Notes: generated by a model not told the origin, from the sequence alone. Positions 39,173-52,884 are shown, counted from the first letter of the stretch. The stretch is 64,000 bases of DNA from Octopus sinensis (GCF_006345805.1 NC_043020.1:8432001-8496000); one strand, 5' to 3'. Program-made: numbers and translations.

Positions 39173-40192
39173 ATAAAGAAGGAAGAGAGAGGAAAGAAAG
39201 ATCCCAGAGCGGGCAACAGGGAAAGAGAAAAAAGACGACTGGTGTTTACGAGTTGCACATGGTGAAAGGCGGATGTTTACGAAAACAGAGCAAAGTGGGT
39301 TTTTAAAGGCAAAAGAGTGGAGACAAGGTTGGTAACGCAGGATTGCGACCATGCTGGAGCCATTACTTTGAAGGTTTTAGTTGAGTAAATAGGTCCCTGT
39401 ATTTATTTTTCAAGTCTGGTACTTATTCTGTCGGACTCTTTTGCTGAACCGCTCGTTAACGGGAACGTAAACAAACCTATATTGGTTGTGATGCAATGAT
39501 GGGTGAACACACACACACATATACGACGGTCTTATTCACAGTTTCCGCCTACCAATTTCACTCATAAGATATTGGTTGGTCCGGTGATATAGACGAAGAC
39601 ATTTCTCCCATGGTGCCGCGTAATGGGCCTGAACCTGAAACCGCGTGGCCGCAAGGTGGGCTGCTTCACCACACGGACGTGCTTCCACATTGTATCCTGT
39701 CTTTTACTTGTTTCAGTCATCAGAACTACGGCCATGCTAGAGCACTGCCTTGAAGAATTTTTGACGAAAGAATCGACCAGTGAATCATTTTTGCGTGTGT
39801 AAAGCCTAGTACTTGTTCTATGAGACCACAGTGTCGAACCGCTAAGTTACGGGGATGTAAACACACCAACACTGTGGTGGGGAACACACACATATGTATA
39901 TGTGTTCCACCACCGCTTGACAACGGTGTTGGTGTGTTTACGTCCCCTTAACTTTAGGGTTTTAGTCAAACAAATCAACTCCGGGACAATTTCTTAAGCT
40001 TAGTAACCTATTCTATCGGGCTCTGTTGCTGAACCGCTCTAATTACGGAGAGGTAAACACACCAACACCGGTTGTCAAGCGGTGGGGGGGGACAAAAACA
40101 GACACACACACACTTACATACATGATGGACTTCTTTCATTTTCCATCTACGAAATCCCAAATCCGCTCACACGGCTTTGGTCGGGCCGGGAC

Positions 40193-41071
40193 GCAAAATT
40201 TTTTTTTTCCCCACGTGAGTTCCGGACCTCAGTTATGAACTCATTTGCATACAGCCAATCAGAGCTCAACTATCAAACTAATTTATGAGCGGATAACAAG
40301 TGATGGGTGATAAGATAAGATCCCTTGGGTAAGGAATGACCATGCTTCTTTTCTCTTTTAAGGATGCTTCTTGTTCTTGTTTCAACCCTGGCTGCCTCTG
40401 TGTAGTTATTTATGTTGTTTACTTTGTAAAACAGTAAGGGGAGGGAGTTGCTAGCACGTCACCCTCTAACCACATTTTCCCCATCCACATCTTTACCATA
40501 AGGGGCCCTAACAAAATCCGATAATAGGTATAGATGCAAACCCATCTAATTACTTGTCCCCTTCTAAAATCAGGCATAACTTGGCGATCGATCGACTTAC
40601 AACACCGCTCTTCGTCTTGTGTTTACTTGGTAGAGTGTGTTTGTTAACAAGGTCAGGGTGAGCTCTGATTGGCTGTATGCAAATGAGTTCATTACTGGGG
40701 TCCAGAACTTTCGTAGGGAAAAAAATTTCGCGGAGGTTACTTGGTAGAGTGTGTTAACAAGGTCAAGGTGAGCTCTGATTGGCTGTATGCAAATGAGTTC
40801 ATTACTGGGGTCCAGAACTCTCGTGGGAAAAAAAATTTCGCGGAGGTTACTTGGTAGAGTGTGTTTGTTAACAAGGTCAAGGTGAGCTCTGATTGGCTGT
40901 ATGCAAATGAGTTCATTACTGGGGTCCGGAATTCTCGTGGGGAAAATAATTTCGCGGAGGTTACTCGGTAGAGTGTGTTTGTTAACAAGGTCAAGGTGAG
41001 CTCTGATTGGCTGTATGCAAATGAGTTCATTACTGGGGTCCGGAACTCTCGTGGGGGAAAAAAAAATTCGC
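40193..41071. mobile_element. MULE/Mutator-like non-autonomous element inserted in a diverged S1 SINE
   Basis: Exact 9-bp TSD GGCCGGGAC (40184-40192, 41072-41080); ~76-bp TIRs starting GC(A/G)AA; host SINE rejoins in register when the element is removed. Confidence 0.85.
40623..41071. repeat. Four tandem 110-114-bp units, each with CTGATTGGCTG (CCAAT) and ATGCAAAT (octamer)
   Basis: Units start at about 40623, 40737, 40847 and 40961. Confidence 0.95.
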
Positions 41072-41677
41072 GGCCGGGACTATATTAAAAGACACTTCCC
41101 CCAAAGTTCCACGCAGTAGCACTAAACCCGGATCCATATAGCTAAGAAACAAAGTTCTTATCATACACTCATTCCTGCGTCTGTACTATTTACAAACGAC
41201 CGGTTTTTCCTTTGCTTATCTTGCTTCCGGTGAAAAGATTCCGTGATAAGACACGAACAGCGTGAGTTGACTTACGTACCCCGCTTACTTCTTGATATCA
41301 ATTTTTGTCTGTGTTTTTATGTATTGTTTCATCGTTATGTACGTCTGTTTGCCTCATGCATATTATTCCATTAACCGCTGACCGAATTTTTGTACACTGT
41401 TGTAATGGACTATCAAGGACTTTTCTTGATTATATTTATGAAAATGTTTATGTAACATCCTAGATGGAATATATAACTGCCACCATGTGTGTGTGTATGC
41501 GTGTGGTCTCTTTTGACTGGCCACTTTACTTGGTCAGCAAGGTTGTGAAGGAAAATATCTTGTTTCAACCATCATCCTTGTGTGTATATATATATATATA
41601 TAATGTGACCGCGTGTGTACCGTTGGCGATTTTTTTTTTCCTCTGTCTTCCCTTCTCTGGATCTTTCCTTCTCCTAT

Positions 41678-41712
41678 GTTTCCGATGAAGAGCTCCGCTC
41701 GAAACGTTAAAC
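41678..41712 (+). ncRNA. PLE-B hammerhead-like motif, U4C variant
   Basis: GTTT-CCGATGA-A-GAGC(TCC)GCTC-GAAAC-GTT-AAAC; within repeat 41604-41806. Confidence 0.6.
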
Positions 41713-41814
41713 CCTCCTTCTTTCCTGAGCGTCCAATAATACTATATTTGTTCCACGTCCTCGCGTTGTTGTGTTTTTTTTGTGCTTTCATGTTTGGATT
41801 AACTATATATATAT

Positions 41815-41858
<44 letters not shown>

Positions 41859-42000
41859 AACATAACAAAGGAGAAAATTGTTGACCAAGAGCCACGTATA
41901 AGAGGTTGTTTCACATACTAGTGTAGCTCATTCAACGGTGGTGCCCCAGCGTGGCCGCAGCTTTCGGGCTGAAACATTCTAAAGGATTATATATATATGT

Positions 42001-42391
42001 GGTGCAGGAGTGGCTGTGTGGTAAGTAGCTTGCTAACCAACCACATGGTTCCGGGTTCAGTCCCACTGCGTGGCACCTTGGGCAAGTGTCTTCTGCTATA
42101 GCCTCGAGCCGACCAAAGCCTTGTGAGTGGATTTGGTAGACGGAAACTGAAAGAAGCCCGTCGTATATATGTATATATATATGTGTTTGTGTTTGTCCCC
42201 CTAGCGTTGCTTGACAACCGATGCTGGTGTGTTTACGTCCCCGTCACTTAACGGTTCGGCAAAAGAGACCGATAGAATAAGTACTGGGCTTACAAAAGAA
42301 TAAGTCCCGGGGTCGATTTGCTCGATTAAAGGCGGTGCTCCAGCATGGCCGCAGTCAAATGACTGAAACAAGTAAAAGAGTAAAAAGAGTA
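42001..42391 (+). mobile_element. SINE S1, full length
   Basis: Head, microsatellite and tail. Confidence 0.92.
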
Positions 42392-43169
42392 TATATATGG
42401 CGAGCATCTTTCGGTTTGTCTCTACCAAATCCATTCACATGGCTTCGGTCGACCTCGAGCTTTTGTAAAAAAAATACTTTTTCCAAGATGCGGCGTAATG
42501 CGACTGAAACGGGAACGCCGTGACTGTCCCAGTCACACCTAACCTGCGTCTCTGAAGTCCATATCTGTGTACTTACAAATTAATTAGTAATGTTATGGCA
42601 CAGAACGAAAACTTAGCTGTGTCTGTCTGTCTGGCAGAGTACATGCGTTAGGTAGGGCTGTTGCGCACCATTTCTTTTTATTTATATATTTAAATAATTA
42701 TTTTTTTTTTTTGCACAACTATGTAGTGGTGATGGTGAGGGCAGAGATTAGAACGACCAGGGTTGGTTAAGAGGGGGGTGGGTATTGGTGGTAAAAAAAC
42801 TGGGTTGAGAAATACTTCAAAAAAAAAACAACAACAACAACAGAATTTGTTGTGTCGTCTGCCTGACCTGCATCTGACCCAACAACTGACGAGAATTCAA
42901 CGCTTGCCTTCATTTTTTAGCTTCGTCGTCTTCGCCTTCCTTCCGCCATGTAACCGAGCGTGTCATTGAGTGCGGCAGGCGGTGAGGATGATGATGATGA
43001 TGATGATGATGGTGATGGTGGTGGCGGTGGCGGTGGCGGCGGCGGCGATCCTTTCTGTTAAGGGCTTGTCTTTTTTTTTTTACTGGGCCCTCTTCTCTGT
43101 TTCTATTTCTTGCTGCCGACCCTAGTTTCTCCTCTCTCTCTCTCTCACACACAATCACGTCTGGGTGTG

Positions 43170-43174
43170 CGAGT

Positions 43175-43207
<33 letters not shown>

Positions 43208-43220
43208 ATGTATGTATATA

Positions 43221-43253
<33 letters not shown>

Positions 43254-43540
43254 ATATATATATATATGTATGTATGTATGTATATATATGTATGTATGTA
43301 TATATATGTATGTATGTATGTATATATATATATGTATGTATGTATGTATGTATATATGTATGTATGTATGTATATATATATGTATGTATGTATATATGTA
43401 TATATATATGTATGTATGTATGTATACATATATATGTATGTATATATATATGTATGTATATATATATATATATATGTACGTATATATAATATATATGTAT
43501 GTATATATAATATATATGTATGTATATATATATATGTATG

Positions 43541-43571
<31 letters not shown>

Positions 43572-43620
43572 GTATGTATATGTGTGTATGTGTATGAATG
43601 TGTGTGTATGCTTGTATGTA
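43170..43620. repeat. Long compound (TA)n/(TATG)n microsatellite
   Basis: About 450 bp; source of spurious IY/MYV ORFs. Confidence 0.95.
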
Positions 43621-43704
43621 TGTCATATGGATGTATGGTTATCCGGGTATCCATTAAAAAAATGTACACGCACGCTGGAAACTTGATCCCTATCTCTTCT
43701 CCTA

Positions 43705-43740
<36 letters not shown>

Positions 43741-45242
43741 CCTCTGTTTCTCTTTTCCTTCTGAACGACCCTTACCATTTTCTCCCAATCTCCTTTCTCC
43801 CTACCCTCCTCTCTCTCTCTCTCTCTCTCTCTCAGTTATTTCAAGAATTTCCACTTGTTAGCCGTCGGGATCATTGATATAGCGCACTCCCTCTAACTCC
43901 CTCCCTCCTTCCCATGTTATGGTTATAGATACATGGAGATGGCTTTTTAACCGCACACATGTATGCATGGGCACGCGTGGTGTGTGTGTGTCTGTACATG
44001 TATGTATTTGTGTTTGTATATATGGAAAGCGCATGGTCTAGCAGCGGTCAGCGGTGTTGCGCTCACGATCCCAATGTCGTAGGTTCAAATCAGCTCTTGA
44101 ACCGAGTCGCTCGTCGTGCCCCTTGAACAAGGCATTTCATTCATTACTCAGCTGAGTGTTAGAGCAGCTCTCTTTCCCTCTCCCCACCAGCTCTTTATCT
44201 CTCTCCCCTCTCTCTCTCTCTCTCTCCATTCACCTTGGATGTGCCTCTGGCTCAACATTTGTGAGAGTCGAGAGAGTGTCCATGTCTCGTAATTTAGTTG
44301 ACTGTCGATCCATTTCCCAACGTACAACCTCTCCCTCCCATCCCACTCTGCTCTGTGCCTCCGATGTATTTAAATTTGATCAAATACAGAGATAGAGTAT
44401 GAACCCCGTAACTGTCACTCAACTTGCTTTTTATATATGACGAGCAAAACGCCCCCTGTCCAATGGACGATGCTGAGTTGTCAAACATTTGAACCAAATT
44501 TTCTCAAAACAACTTGTCCGACCGTCCCAGTTTGAGAAACACTGATTTAACCTAAATTTGAGACACCAGCAAAAGAACAAAATAAAGATAGACGTTTTTT
44601 TCTATTCCAAGAAAAACGATTTTACAAATGCACGTTCCCACGGCTTTATCGATCGCATTCTCACCTGGAATCGATTTTTGTAATTCTTTCAAGACTTATA
44701 CACGCCCTGATGCCGTCGGTATCTACATGTCAAAATTGAGCGCAATCGGATAGAGGATGCCCTCGGGATCCTTGAAGACACACAGACAGACAGAATGGAT
44801 TTTATATAAAAGATGTGTGTGTGTGCAATTAAACGTTGAAAGTAAAATAGTTTAAAGGCTCTGCTCTAAAAGCATAAAGGAAAGGTCGGAATTTGGGAGC
44901 AGAAGATCAGTGGTTACCCCCATACATAATTACAAATATAAATTAATGAAAGAGAAATGGTAGAATTAATTGGAGAATATACCACTACAAGAATGAAACG
45001 ATCGATTATTGGCCAGTCTTTCAATGTCCGTGATTAACGAGTTTTTGAAAGATATTTTATCCGAGCGAATAAGCGTGATGGCTCTTAGCTATGTTCCAGG
45101 TTACGGCTACTCGCATCGATTAGTATTTAGCGTCTGTGAATTCCTCCGATGGATGATAATTCCGTGTATGTCATTGTGAAATAAAAGGATATAAATTTCG
45201 AGGATGTGCCAGTCTCCATATTCTCTAACGCTATAATTATTG

Positions 45243-45278
<36 letters not shown>

Positions 45279-45281
<3 letters not shown>

Positions 45282-45805
45282 TAAATAAAACATATGCATA
45301 TATATAACACTATAGGTACGTACCTACCTCTACATGTACATCTACCCGCATATATGAGTACAGGACACCAAAAACACGTCGAACACAATGAGAAACGAAA
45401 ACATAGACACAAACCCAAGGAACTGGACATTTTTTTTAAACAACAAAAAAATAGAGTACAGGACAATTAACATAAAAAAAAACCCTTCTTCAGTCGCCAT
45501 GGTTTCATCTACTCTACGTTTCGATATATATATGATGATATATATATATATATATATATAATAAATAAAAAATATGCATATATATAAACATATATGTACG
45601 TACCTACCTCTACATGTACATATACACGCATATAAGTACAGGACACCAAAAAAACGTCGAACACAATGAGAAACGAAAACATAGACACAAACCCAAGGAA
45701 CTGGACATTTTTTTTAAACAACAAAAAAAAAATAGAGTACAGGACAATTAACATAAAGAAAAAACCCTTCTTCAGTCGCCATGGTTTCATCTACTCTACG
45801 TTTCG
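45279..45805 (-). mobile_element. Tandem pair of the 18775-19045 repeat family
   Basis: Copies 45279-45523 and 45561-45805, each followed by atatatatatgatga(TA)n. Confidence 0.85.
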
Positions 45806-45817
45806 ATATATATATGA

Positions 45818-45850
<33 letters not shown>

Positions 45851-46093
45851 CCAATTGACTGTGGCCATGAAAGGACACTACTTTGAAGAATTTTTAGATT
45901 TTTAGTCGAATGAATCGACACCAGTACTTTTTATTTAATCATGGAACTTATTCTATCGGTCTCTTATGCCGGGCCGCTATGTTACGGGGACGTAAACGTC
46001 CAACATCCGTTTCAAGCGATGGGGTGAGGGACACCCACAAAAACTCTCTCTCTCTCTCTCTCTCATTATATATATATATATATATATATATAT

Positions 46094-46479
46094 TACTCTT
46101 TTACTTGTTTCAGTTTTTTTGACTGCGGCCATGCTGGAGCACCGCCTTTAGTCGAGCAAATCGACCCCGGGACTTATTCTTTGTAAGCCCAGTGCTTATT
46201 CTATCGGTCTATTTTGCCGAACCGCTAAGTAACGGGGACGTAAACACACCAGCATCGGTTGTCAAGCAATGCTAGGGGGACAAACATAGACACACAAACA
46301 CACACATATACATATATACGACAGGCTTCTCTCAGTTTCCGTCTACCAAATCCACTCACAAGGCATTGGTCGGCTGGGGCTATAGCAGAAGGCACTTGCC
46401 CAAGATGCCACGCAGTGGGACTGAACCCGGAACCATGTGGTTGGTTAGCAAGCTACTTACCACACAGCCACTCCTGCGT
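46094..46479 (-). mobile_element. SINE S1, full length
   Basis: Reverse complement of S1. Confidence 0.9.
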
Positions 46480-47333
46480 CTCTCTCTCTCTATATATATA
46501 TATATGCGCGCGCGTTCATACATGTCCTGAATGAACTCTGATCCGCTGGTTCTTGCTTTAAGGTGGGAAAGGGGAAATTAGGTGTGTCGCCCCCTCCCCA
46601 CAAGAAACTAGGGTTTCCAAAGTCGATTATACTAAAGAAAAGAATTTAAAAAGAGGATTAAGTCCGTTGTGTTTCCTGATTAAGGGAGTCAGTCCTTTGT
46701 CCCCTTCGTTTCATCTATGAGTGGGGGGTGGGCGAAAAAATTAAAGGTCAGGGCTTAAATGCTGAGTGACCCCTTCAGAGCCTTTAATTTTCCTCCGTCT
46801 TATAATAACTTTTAAAGATTTTTTTTTTGTTTTGGGGTGTATTTATTTTATTCCTGGTACTTTCGTTCGAGAGACGTGTTTGCCAAGGTGATCAAGGTCT
46901 TACATATTTTTACTTGCGCGTACACATGTGCGCTCGCACAAAGCACACGCACCTGCGCGCATGGCGAGCCTGGTTGGATAGATAGACAGATGGCTAACCA
47001 GATAGACGGAATGGACAGATAGATAAATAGAAAGGCATGCATAGATTTGCATACTTAGACTTAACATAGATAAATAGTTATATGTACTTATGTGTGTGTG
47101 TGTGTATGTATATATGTAAATACATGTGTGTGAATGACTATCAAACACACACACATACATAATATATATATTACACACACATACATATATATTATGTATA
47201 TATATGCATTTATATATATTACACACACATACATATATATATTATGTATGTGTGTGTGTGTGTGATAGTCATGCACACACAACCACTGATTTTCACTTTT
47301 GACAGTTGTATATACACACACACTCACACACAC

Positions 47334-47367
<34 letters not shown>

Positions 47368-48297
47368 CACTCTCACACACACACATGTACTTTATGTCTT
47401 TCTCTGAAGAATTCCTTTATTGGTGACCCCTAAACCGCCAGGTGTAATTGGAGGCTAGATTGGGATGGGATGGGATGGGAAAGGAATAGAAGGGGATAGC
47501 AGAGAAAGGTCATTCGGTACATATGTAAGTAAGCCACTTTCTCTCGACATCTCTTGCCCCCTATCCCCCTTCACCTACCTCCCCTCCTCCTGTTCACCGA
47601 CCAGCACACGCCCTCTGCTACGTCCTTGCCGAATGTGTTTAGAAGTTGTTGGTGGTGGTCGTTGAGGCTAGATAAGATATTGGTTTCACAGACTCCGCCC
47701 AGATTCATGTTATGTACATCTGTTGTGTGTAACTCGCACGCATACACACACACCCGTCTCTTTCGGTTTTAGGGTATACACTGATCCACACGAATACACT
47801 TAAATACGCACTCTCGGAACACAAGCACACATATATATATACACATGTATTTTGGGCCCGTGAGTGTGTGCGTTACATCTTTTAGAGGTGGAGTAAGATG
47901 GGTATAGGGAAAGAAGTTGAGAGAAAAAGACAGTTTGGGAGAATAGGGAAACAGAAAGGAGGTCGGACAAAACGTATAACTAATGTGAGGAGTGTGGTAA
48001 AAAGAAAGATATAAAATGTAAGTTTAACTTACGTGTGTTTAGTGTGTATGTATGTACTGGTGTTGAAACTTACCCCCTGTTGCTACTCTGTTTGAAGAAC
48101 GCTCGCCCATCGTGGGTAGTGAACTTCGTGATACTCAGAGTACGAGCACTTATATCAGCACCACTTACACTCTACTTCTGTTTTAATCACCGTGTATATG
48201 TATAAGTTGTATATCTATTGTTGAACTATACTTGGCAATATATATATATACCTGTGTGTGTTAAGACTTACCAAGATATCCAGAGACGACTTTTATG

Positions 48298-48672
48298 AGG
48301 AATGGCTGTGTGGTAAGTAGCTTGCTAACCAACTACATGGTTCCGGGTTCAGTCCCACTGCGTGGCATCTTGGGCAAGTGTCTTCTGCTATAGCCCCGGG
48401 CCGACCAATGCCTTGTGAATGGATTTGGTAGACGGAAACCGAAAGAAGCCTGTCGTATATATGTATATATATATGTGTGTCTGTGTTTGTCCCCCTAGCA
48501 TTGCTTGACAACCGATGCTGGTGTGTTTACGTCCCCGTCACTTAGCGGTTCGGCAAAAGAGACCGATAGAATAAGTACTGGGCTTACAAAGAATAAGTCC
48601 CGGGGTCGATTTGCTCGACTAAAGGCGGTGCTCCAGCATGGCCGCAGTCAAATGACTGAAACAAGTAAAAAG
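48298..48672 (+). mobile_element. SINE S1
   Basis: Head, microsatellite and tail. Confidence 0.9.
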
Positions 48673-49019
48673 AGAGAGAGAGAGAGAGAGAGGCAGGTGA
48701 AGAATTCTGGATTTTTCGTTCACGAATTAGGGGTCACCTTTTAACTAAGATCGAATACTGGATAATACTCTGTGTGTGTGTGTACAAGAGAAGAAAATCT
48801 ACTTCATAGCTACACTCCATCATCCTGTTTCTGTCAGCACTCGATATCGTTTCCTGCAGATTCCATTAAGGGCTACCTTACAGCAAGCTTAGAAGTGTGT
48901 GTGTGTTTAATTGGTTAACTAAGCCAGACACTCTTTAGAAGACGCTCACAGAGTCTGGCTTACCTAACACACTCCACGTTCCAACAGGCTCAACCACTAC
49001 GTTTCGTCTTGGACTACAC

Positions 49020-49033
49020 ACGCCACCTGGCGG
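49020..49033 (-). promoter_or_regulatory. CTCF-like motif CCGCCAGGTGGCGT
   Basis: Close to core consensus CC(A/G)SYAGRKGGCRS; in unique sequence. Confidence 0.35.
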
Positions 49034-49279
49034 AATTGTAATTTTCATCAAATAATAATAATAATAATAATCCTTTCTATTCTAGGCACAAGGCCCGAAA
49101 TTTTGGGGAAAGTGGGGCAGTCGATTAGACCGACTCCAGTATGCAACTGGTACTTAATTTATCGATCCCGAAAGGATGAAGGGCAAAGTCGACCTCGGCG
49201 GAATTTGAACTCAGAATGTAAGGACAGGCGAAATACTGCTAAATATTTTGCCCTGGTTGCTAATAATAATAATAATAAT

Positions 49280-49685
49280 GACCTTAACCAGTTGAGCATG
49301 TCCCTTAGTGGCTGACGATATGTGCATCTCTGATCTCGAGCAGAAGTAGTGGGGGAGCATCATAGCCATGTGTTGAGAGGGATTCTTTGGAGTTTGAATA
49401 ATTCACCTCTGGAAACATGGGTGGTTCTTTCAACATCCTTAAACAACCCTTATTCAGGGACCTTTTGAGCGGGATGGGCTACTCAACCTGAAGAAAATTC
49501 TAACTGGGCCCCACCTGCAAGGTCATGTGCTGTTTATCTTGATATGAGATCACCATGTCGCGCACATAAGGTTGTGATGCATGTGCCTGGTGTACCCTTA
49601 TCAGACTGGTAGTCATGATGGGTATACTGGGCTTCGTATATTTTACCCCAGTGTCACTTTGATGGCATGCACTGCTCTCTCACTC
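49280..49685. mobile_element. Unclassified ~400-bp element flanked by (AAT)n on both sides
   Basis: Sharp boundaries inside an AAT array; possibly the 3' portion of a (TAA)n-targeting non-LTR element (inference). Confidence 0.4.
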
Positions 49686-49703
49686 AATAATAATAATAAT
49701 AAT

Positions 49704-50072
49704 AGCACTCAGAGCGCGTAAACCTCCGCCAAGGCAACACCAATGTCCTCTCAACGATTAACCAGAGATTATTTTTAAAATGAGAATATCTGAAATAAAC
49801 TCGATTGCTCTCACAAACGAGAATACTAAAAATGAACCTGACCGCTCTCAAAATTTTTTTTTAAAAAACAGGGAAAATAATCCAGAATCCTTGTCCAGTA
49901 CCGGATCGATTCCAAAATCTAATCAGCTCATGCCAGTCATGGGGCCAAACTTCACTGAAAGTTTCATCCGAATCCATCCAGCAGTTCTTGAGATATCTTG
50001 TCCACGGACAAACCAGCAAACAAATACAACTGAAAACAAAACCTCCGCCTTCGCTAAGGCAGAGGTAATAAT
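49704..50072 (-). mobile_element. Intact (empty) HINE/DINE-1-like element
   Basis: Contains both halves seen at 28287-28410 and 30665-31278, joined at tttggcc|ccatgact. Confidence 0.75.
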
Positions 50073-51428
50073 ATCTGTTCGAAACGAAACGAGATCTTTG
50101 CACTCGTTCACCCTCTTACATCTGTGGTATTTATTTTTTTTGTCTAAACTGGATCGAATTGTCACAATACCTATTTCTTTATTACCCACAAGGGGCTAAA
50201 CACAGAGGGGACAAACAAGGACAGACATAGGTATTAAGTCGATTACATCGACCCCAGTGCGTAACTGGTACTTAATTTATCGACCCCGAAAGGATGAAAG
50301 GCAAAGTCGACCTCGGCGGAACTCCATCCAACACTGCTCCGCCATCGCCCCTTCGTTATAGCAAATTTCACCCCTAAAAAGAAAGACATCTTTTGCTCCT
50401 AAAATTCTAAATGACCCGCCATCCCTGCTGTGTCCACCTTCTCGCCGACACCAGGGGACTGATAATTGGCTGGGATACGAACGCATAGACATGGTCGCTC
50501 GATTTGCTAGAAATAGCAGTAACCGAATCACTTTTGCTTTATTTTATTAATTTTTAAAAATTAATCTGTGGAGCATTTGGATATTTTTGTATGTACTGTT
50601 TGAGAATCACCGGCCCAGTTAGTGAAAATAAGGTGAGATGGTCGTAGTTGGATTGCCTTTGGTCATGAATCAGTTCGATGAGGGTCAACACGGAGCTTAA
50701 ACAGTTAAAGTTACTTCAACGTGGTTAATCAAGCTGTTAGAAATGTATATATATTTCTTTACTGCCCAGAAGGGGCTAAACATAGAGGGGACAAACAAGG
50801 ACAGACGAAGGGATTGAGTCGATTATATCGCCCCCAGTGCAAAGCTGGTACTTTATTTATCGACCCCGAAAGGATGAAAGGCAAAGTTGACCTCGGCGGA
50901 ATTTGAACTCAGAACGTAACGGCAGACGAAATACCGCTGAGCATTTCGCCCGACGCGCTAACGTGTCTGCCAGCTCAGACACACACACACGGTTTCTAAC
51001 TCACACACGTTCTCTCTTTCTCTCTCACATACATACGCTCTCTTTCTCTCTCTCACACACACACACACACGCTCTCTCTCACACACACATACGCTTTCTC
51101 TCTCTCTCTCTCTCTTTCCACAAACACACATCTCTGTTACATACGTAACTCGGGTTTTCCTTTCTCGTCATTAAGAAGCCGTTTTAGACGACATCAACTG
51201 AAGCGCAACCGTCTCATAACAACAACAACAACTACTCCCAAACAAAAGCTCAATCTACTTCTGCCCTCCACCAACTCCTCCTCCTCTTCTTCCTCCCTTC
51301 CCTTCCTTCCTTCCTTCCTTCCTTCCTTCCTTCCTTCCTTGAACCAACAATTATCGCAGGTGTGATGAGAACCGCTGTTGGTATTCCGTCTGCGGAAGAG
51401 GTGAGGGTTACACACGTTCACACACACA

Positions 51429-51476
<48 letters not shown>

Positions 51477-51830
51477 GAATGTGGATGTTCAGTGCGGCGA
51501 GGGCTGTTGCCTGACGGGATCATGTGATGTCACCTTTTGTTTTGTTTAAGACGCCAGTTATGTGAACTTATGTGACATTTAGTGGAGTGGTAGTAGTGGT
51601 GGTGGTGGTGGTGGTGGTGGTGGATAAGGACGGGCAATTATGGAGGAAGAGAGGGGGGGGTCAAAATGTCCACCCATCCAAACTCCTGGTGTTTCTTCTA
51701 GAAACACAATACGCTTCTATCCACAAGGAATGCCTGCATGGATGGATGGTTTGTATGGAGTGAACTTATGTCTGTGCATATTTGTGTGATCGAAATGGAG
51801 AGTAGATAGACAGCCGACAACTGATGAAGG

Positions 51831-51930
51831 NNNNNNNNNNNNNNNNNNNNNNNNNNNNNNNNNNNNNNNNNNNNNNNNNNNNNNNNNNNNNNNNNNNNNN
51901 NNNNNNNNNNNNNNNNNNNNNNNNNNNNNN
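51831..51930. other. Assembly gap (100 N)
   Basis: N run. Confidence 1.
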
Positions 51931-52150
51931 TTTCGTGTCTTTGAATGGCTAATACTTGTGTTCCACGCTTTTAGGGTCAATACGCGGCCCGAGGTTGAAT
52001 CACTTGCCTGGCAAGTACACCTCCATAACACCTTTATGTTCTTCAGTAACGGCCCTTTACATCCCGGGAAGTCAGTTTTAGCTTTGTGGGTGTATGCGGC
52101 AGCTCCCCCGCTGCTGACGTCATCCCACAAGCTTTAATTCTAAGGATGTA

Positions 52151-52572
52151 TATTTCTTTACTACCCACAAGGGGCTAAACACATAGGGGGACAAACAAGG
52201 ACAGACAAACGGATTAAGTCGATTACATCGATTCCAGTGCGTAACTGGTACTTAATTTATCGACCCCTCGAAAGGATGAAAGGCAAAGTCGACCTCGGTG
52301 GAATTTGAACTCAGAACATAACAGCAGCTGAAATACCTATTTCTTTACTACCCACAAGGGGCTAAACACAGAGAGGACAAACAAGGACAGACAAACGGAT
52401 TAAGTCGATTACATCGATTCCAGTGCGTAACTGGTACTTAATTTATCGACCCCTCGAAAGGATGAAAGGCAAAGTCGACCTCGGCGGAATTTGAACTCAG
52501 AACGTAACGGCAGACGAAATACGGCTACGCATTTCGCCCGGCGTTGCTAACGTTTCTGCCAGCTCGCCGCCT
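52151..52572 (-). mobile_element. Tandem S2 pair (full plus partial)
   Basis: Two near-identical S2 bodies sharing the ccctcgaaagg variant; further S2 copies at about 50167-50320 and 50750-50985. Confidence 0.88.
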
Positions 52573-52827
52573 GATGAAATAAAGTACCTATAAAGCACTC
52601 TTACATGAGCATGGAATTATACTTGAAAGAGTCTACGAAAATTAAAGACAAACAGAAACAAAAATACCCTTAAACCGAAATTTATCGACATCACCGAAGA
52701 GAAACAGTTTATAGTTGGTTTTGCTGATTGAGTCGCGGCTGGTTTTTTTGGGGGGTTTTTTTCACTTTTTAATTTATTTTTTATTCAGTTCCTATTATTT
52801 ATTTATTGTTCTTTGCTCCCCCTGCAG

Positions 52828-52884
52828 GTTCTATGCTCGTTTGGAGGTACGGCAAGGCGAAACGGGACCACCCAAACGACGTTG
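52828..52884 (+). other. Candidate 57-nt internal exon, phase 1-1 ((G)SMLVWRYGKAKRDHPNDV)
   Basis: Long pyrimidine tract ending ccccctgcag|G; possible donor TTG|GTGGGT. Confidence 0.2.

Noticed and set aside
42910-43877. Longest ORFs in the track (238, 221, 198 and 173 aa)
   Set aside because: They are translations of (TA)n/(TATG)n microsatellite, which lacks stops in these frames.
49570-49645. Minus-strand GAAG...CTGATAAG, possible hammerhead
   Set aside because: The core is non-canonical and CTGAT is sequestered in a TACCC-ATCA/TGAT-GGGTA hairpin; no three-stem junction forms.
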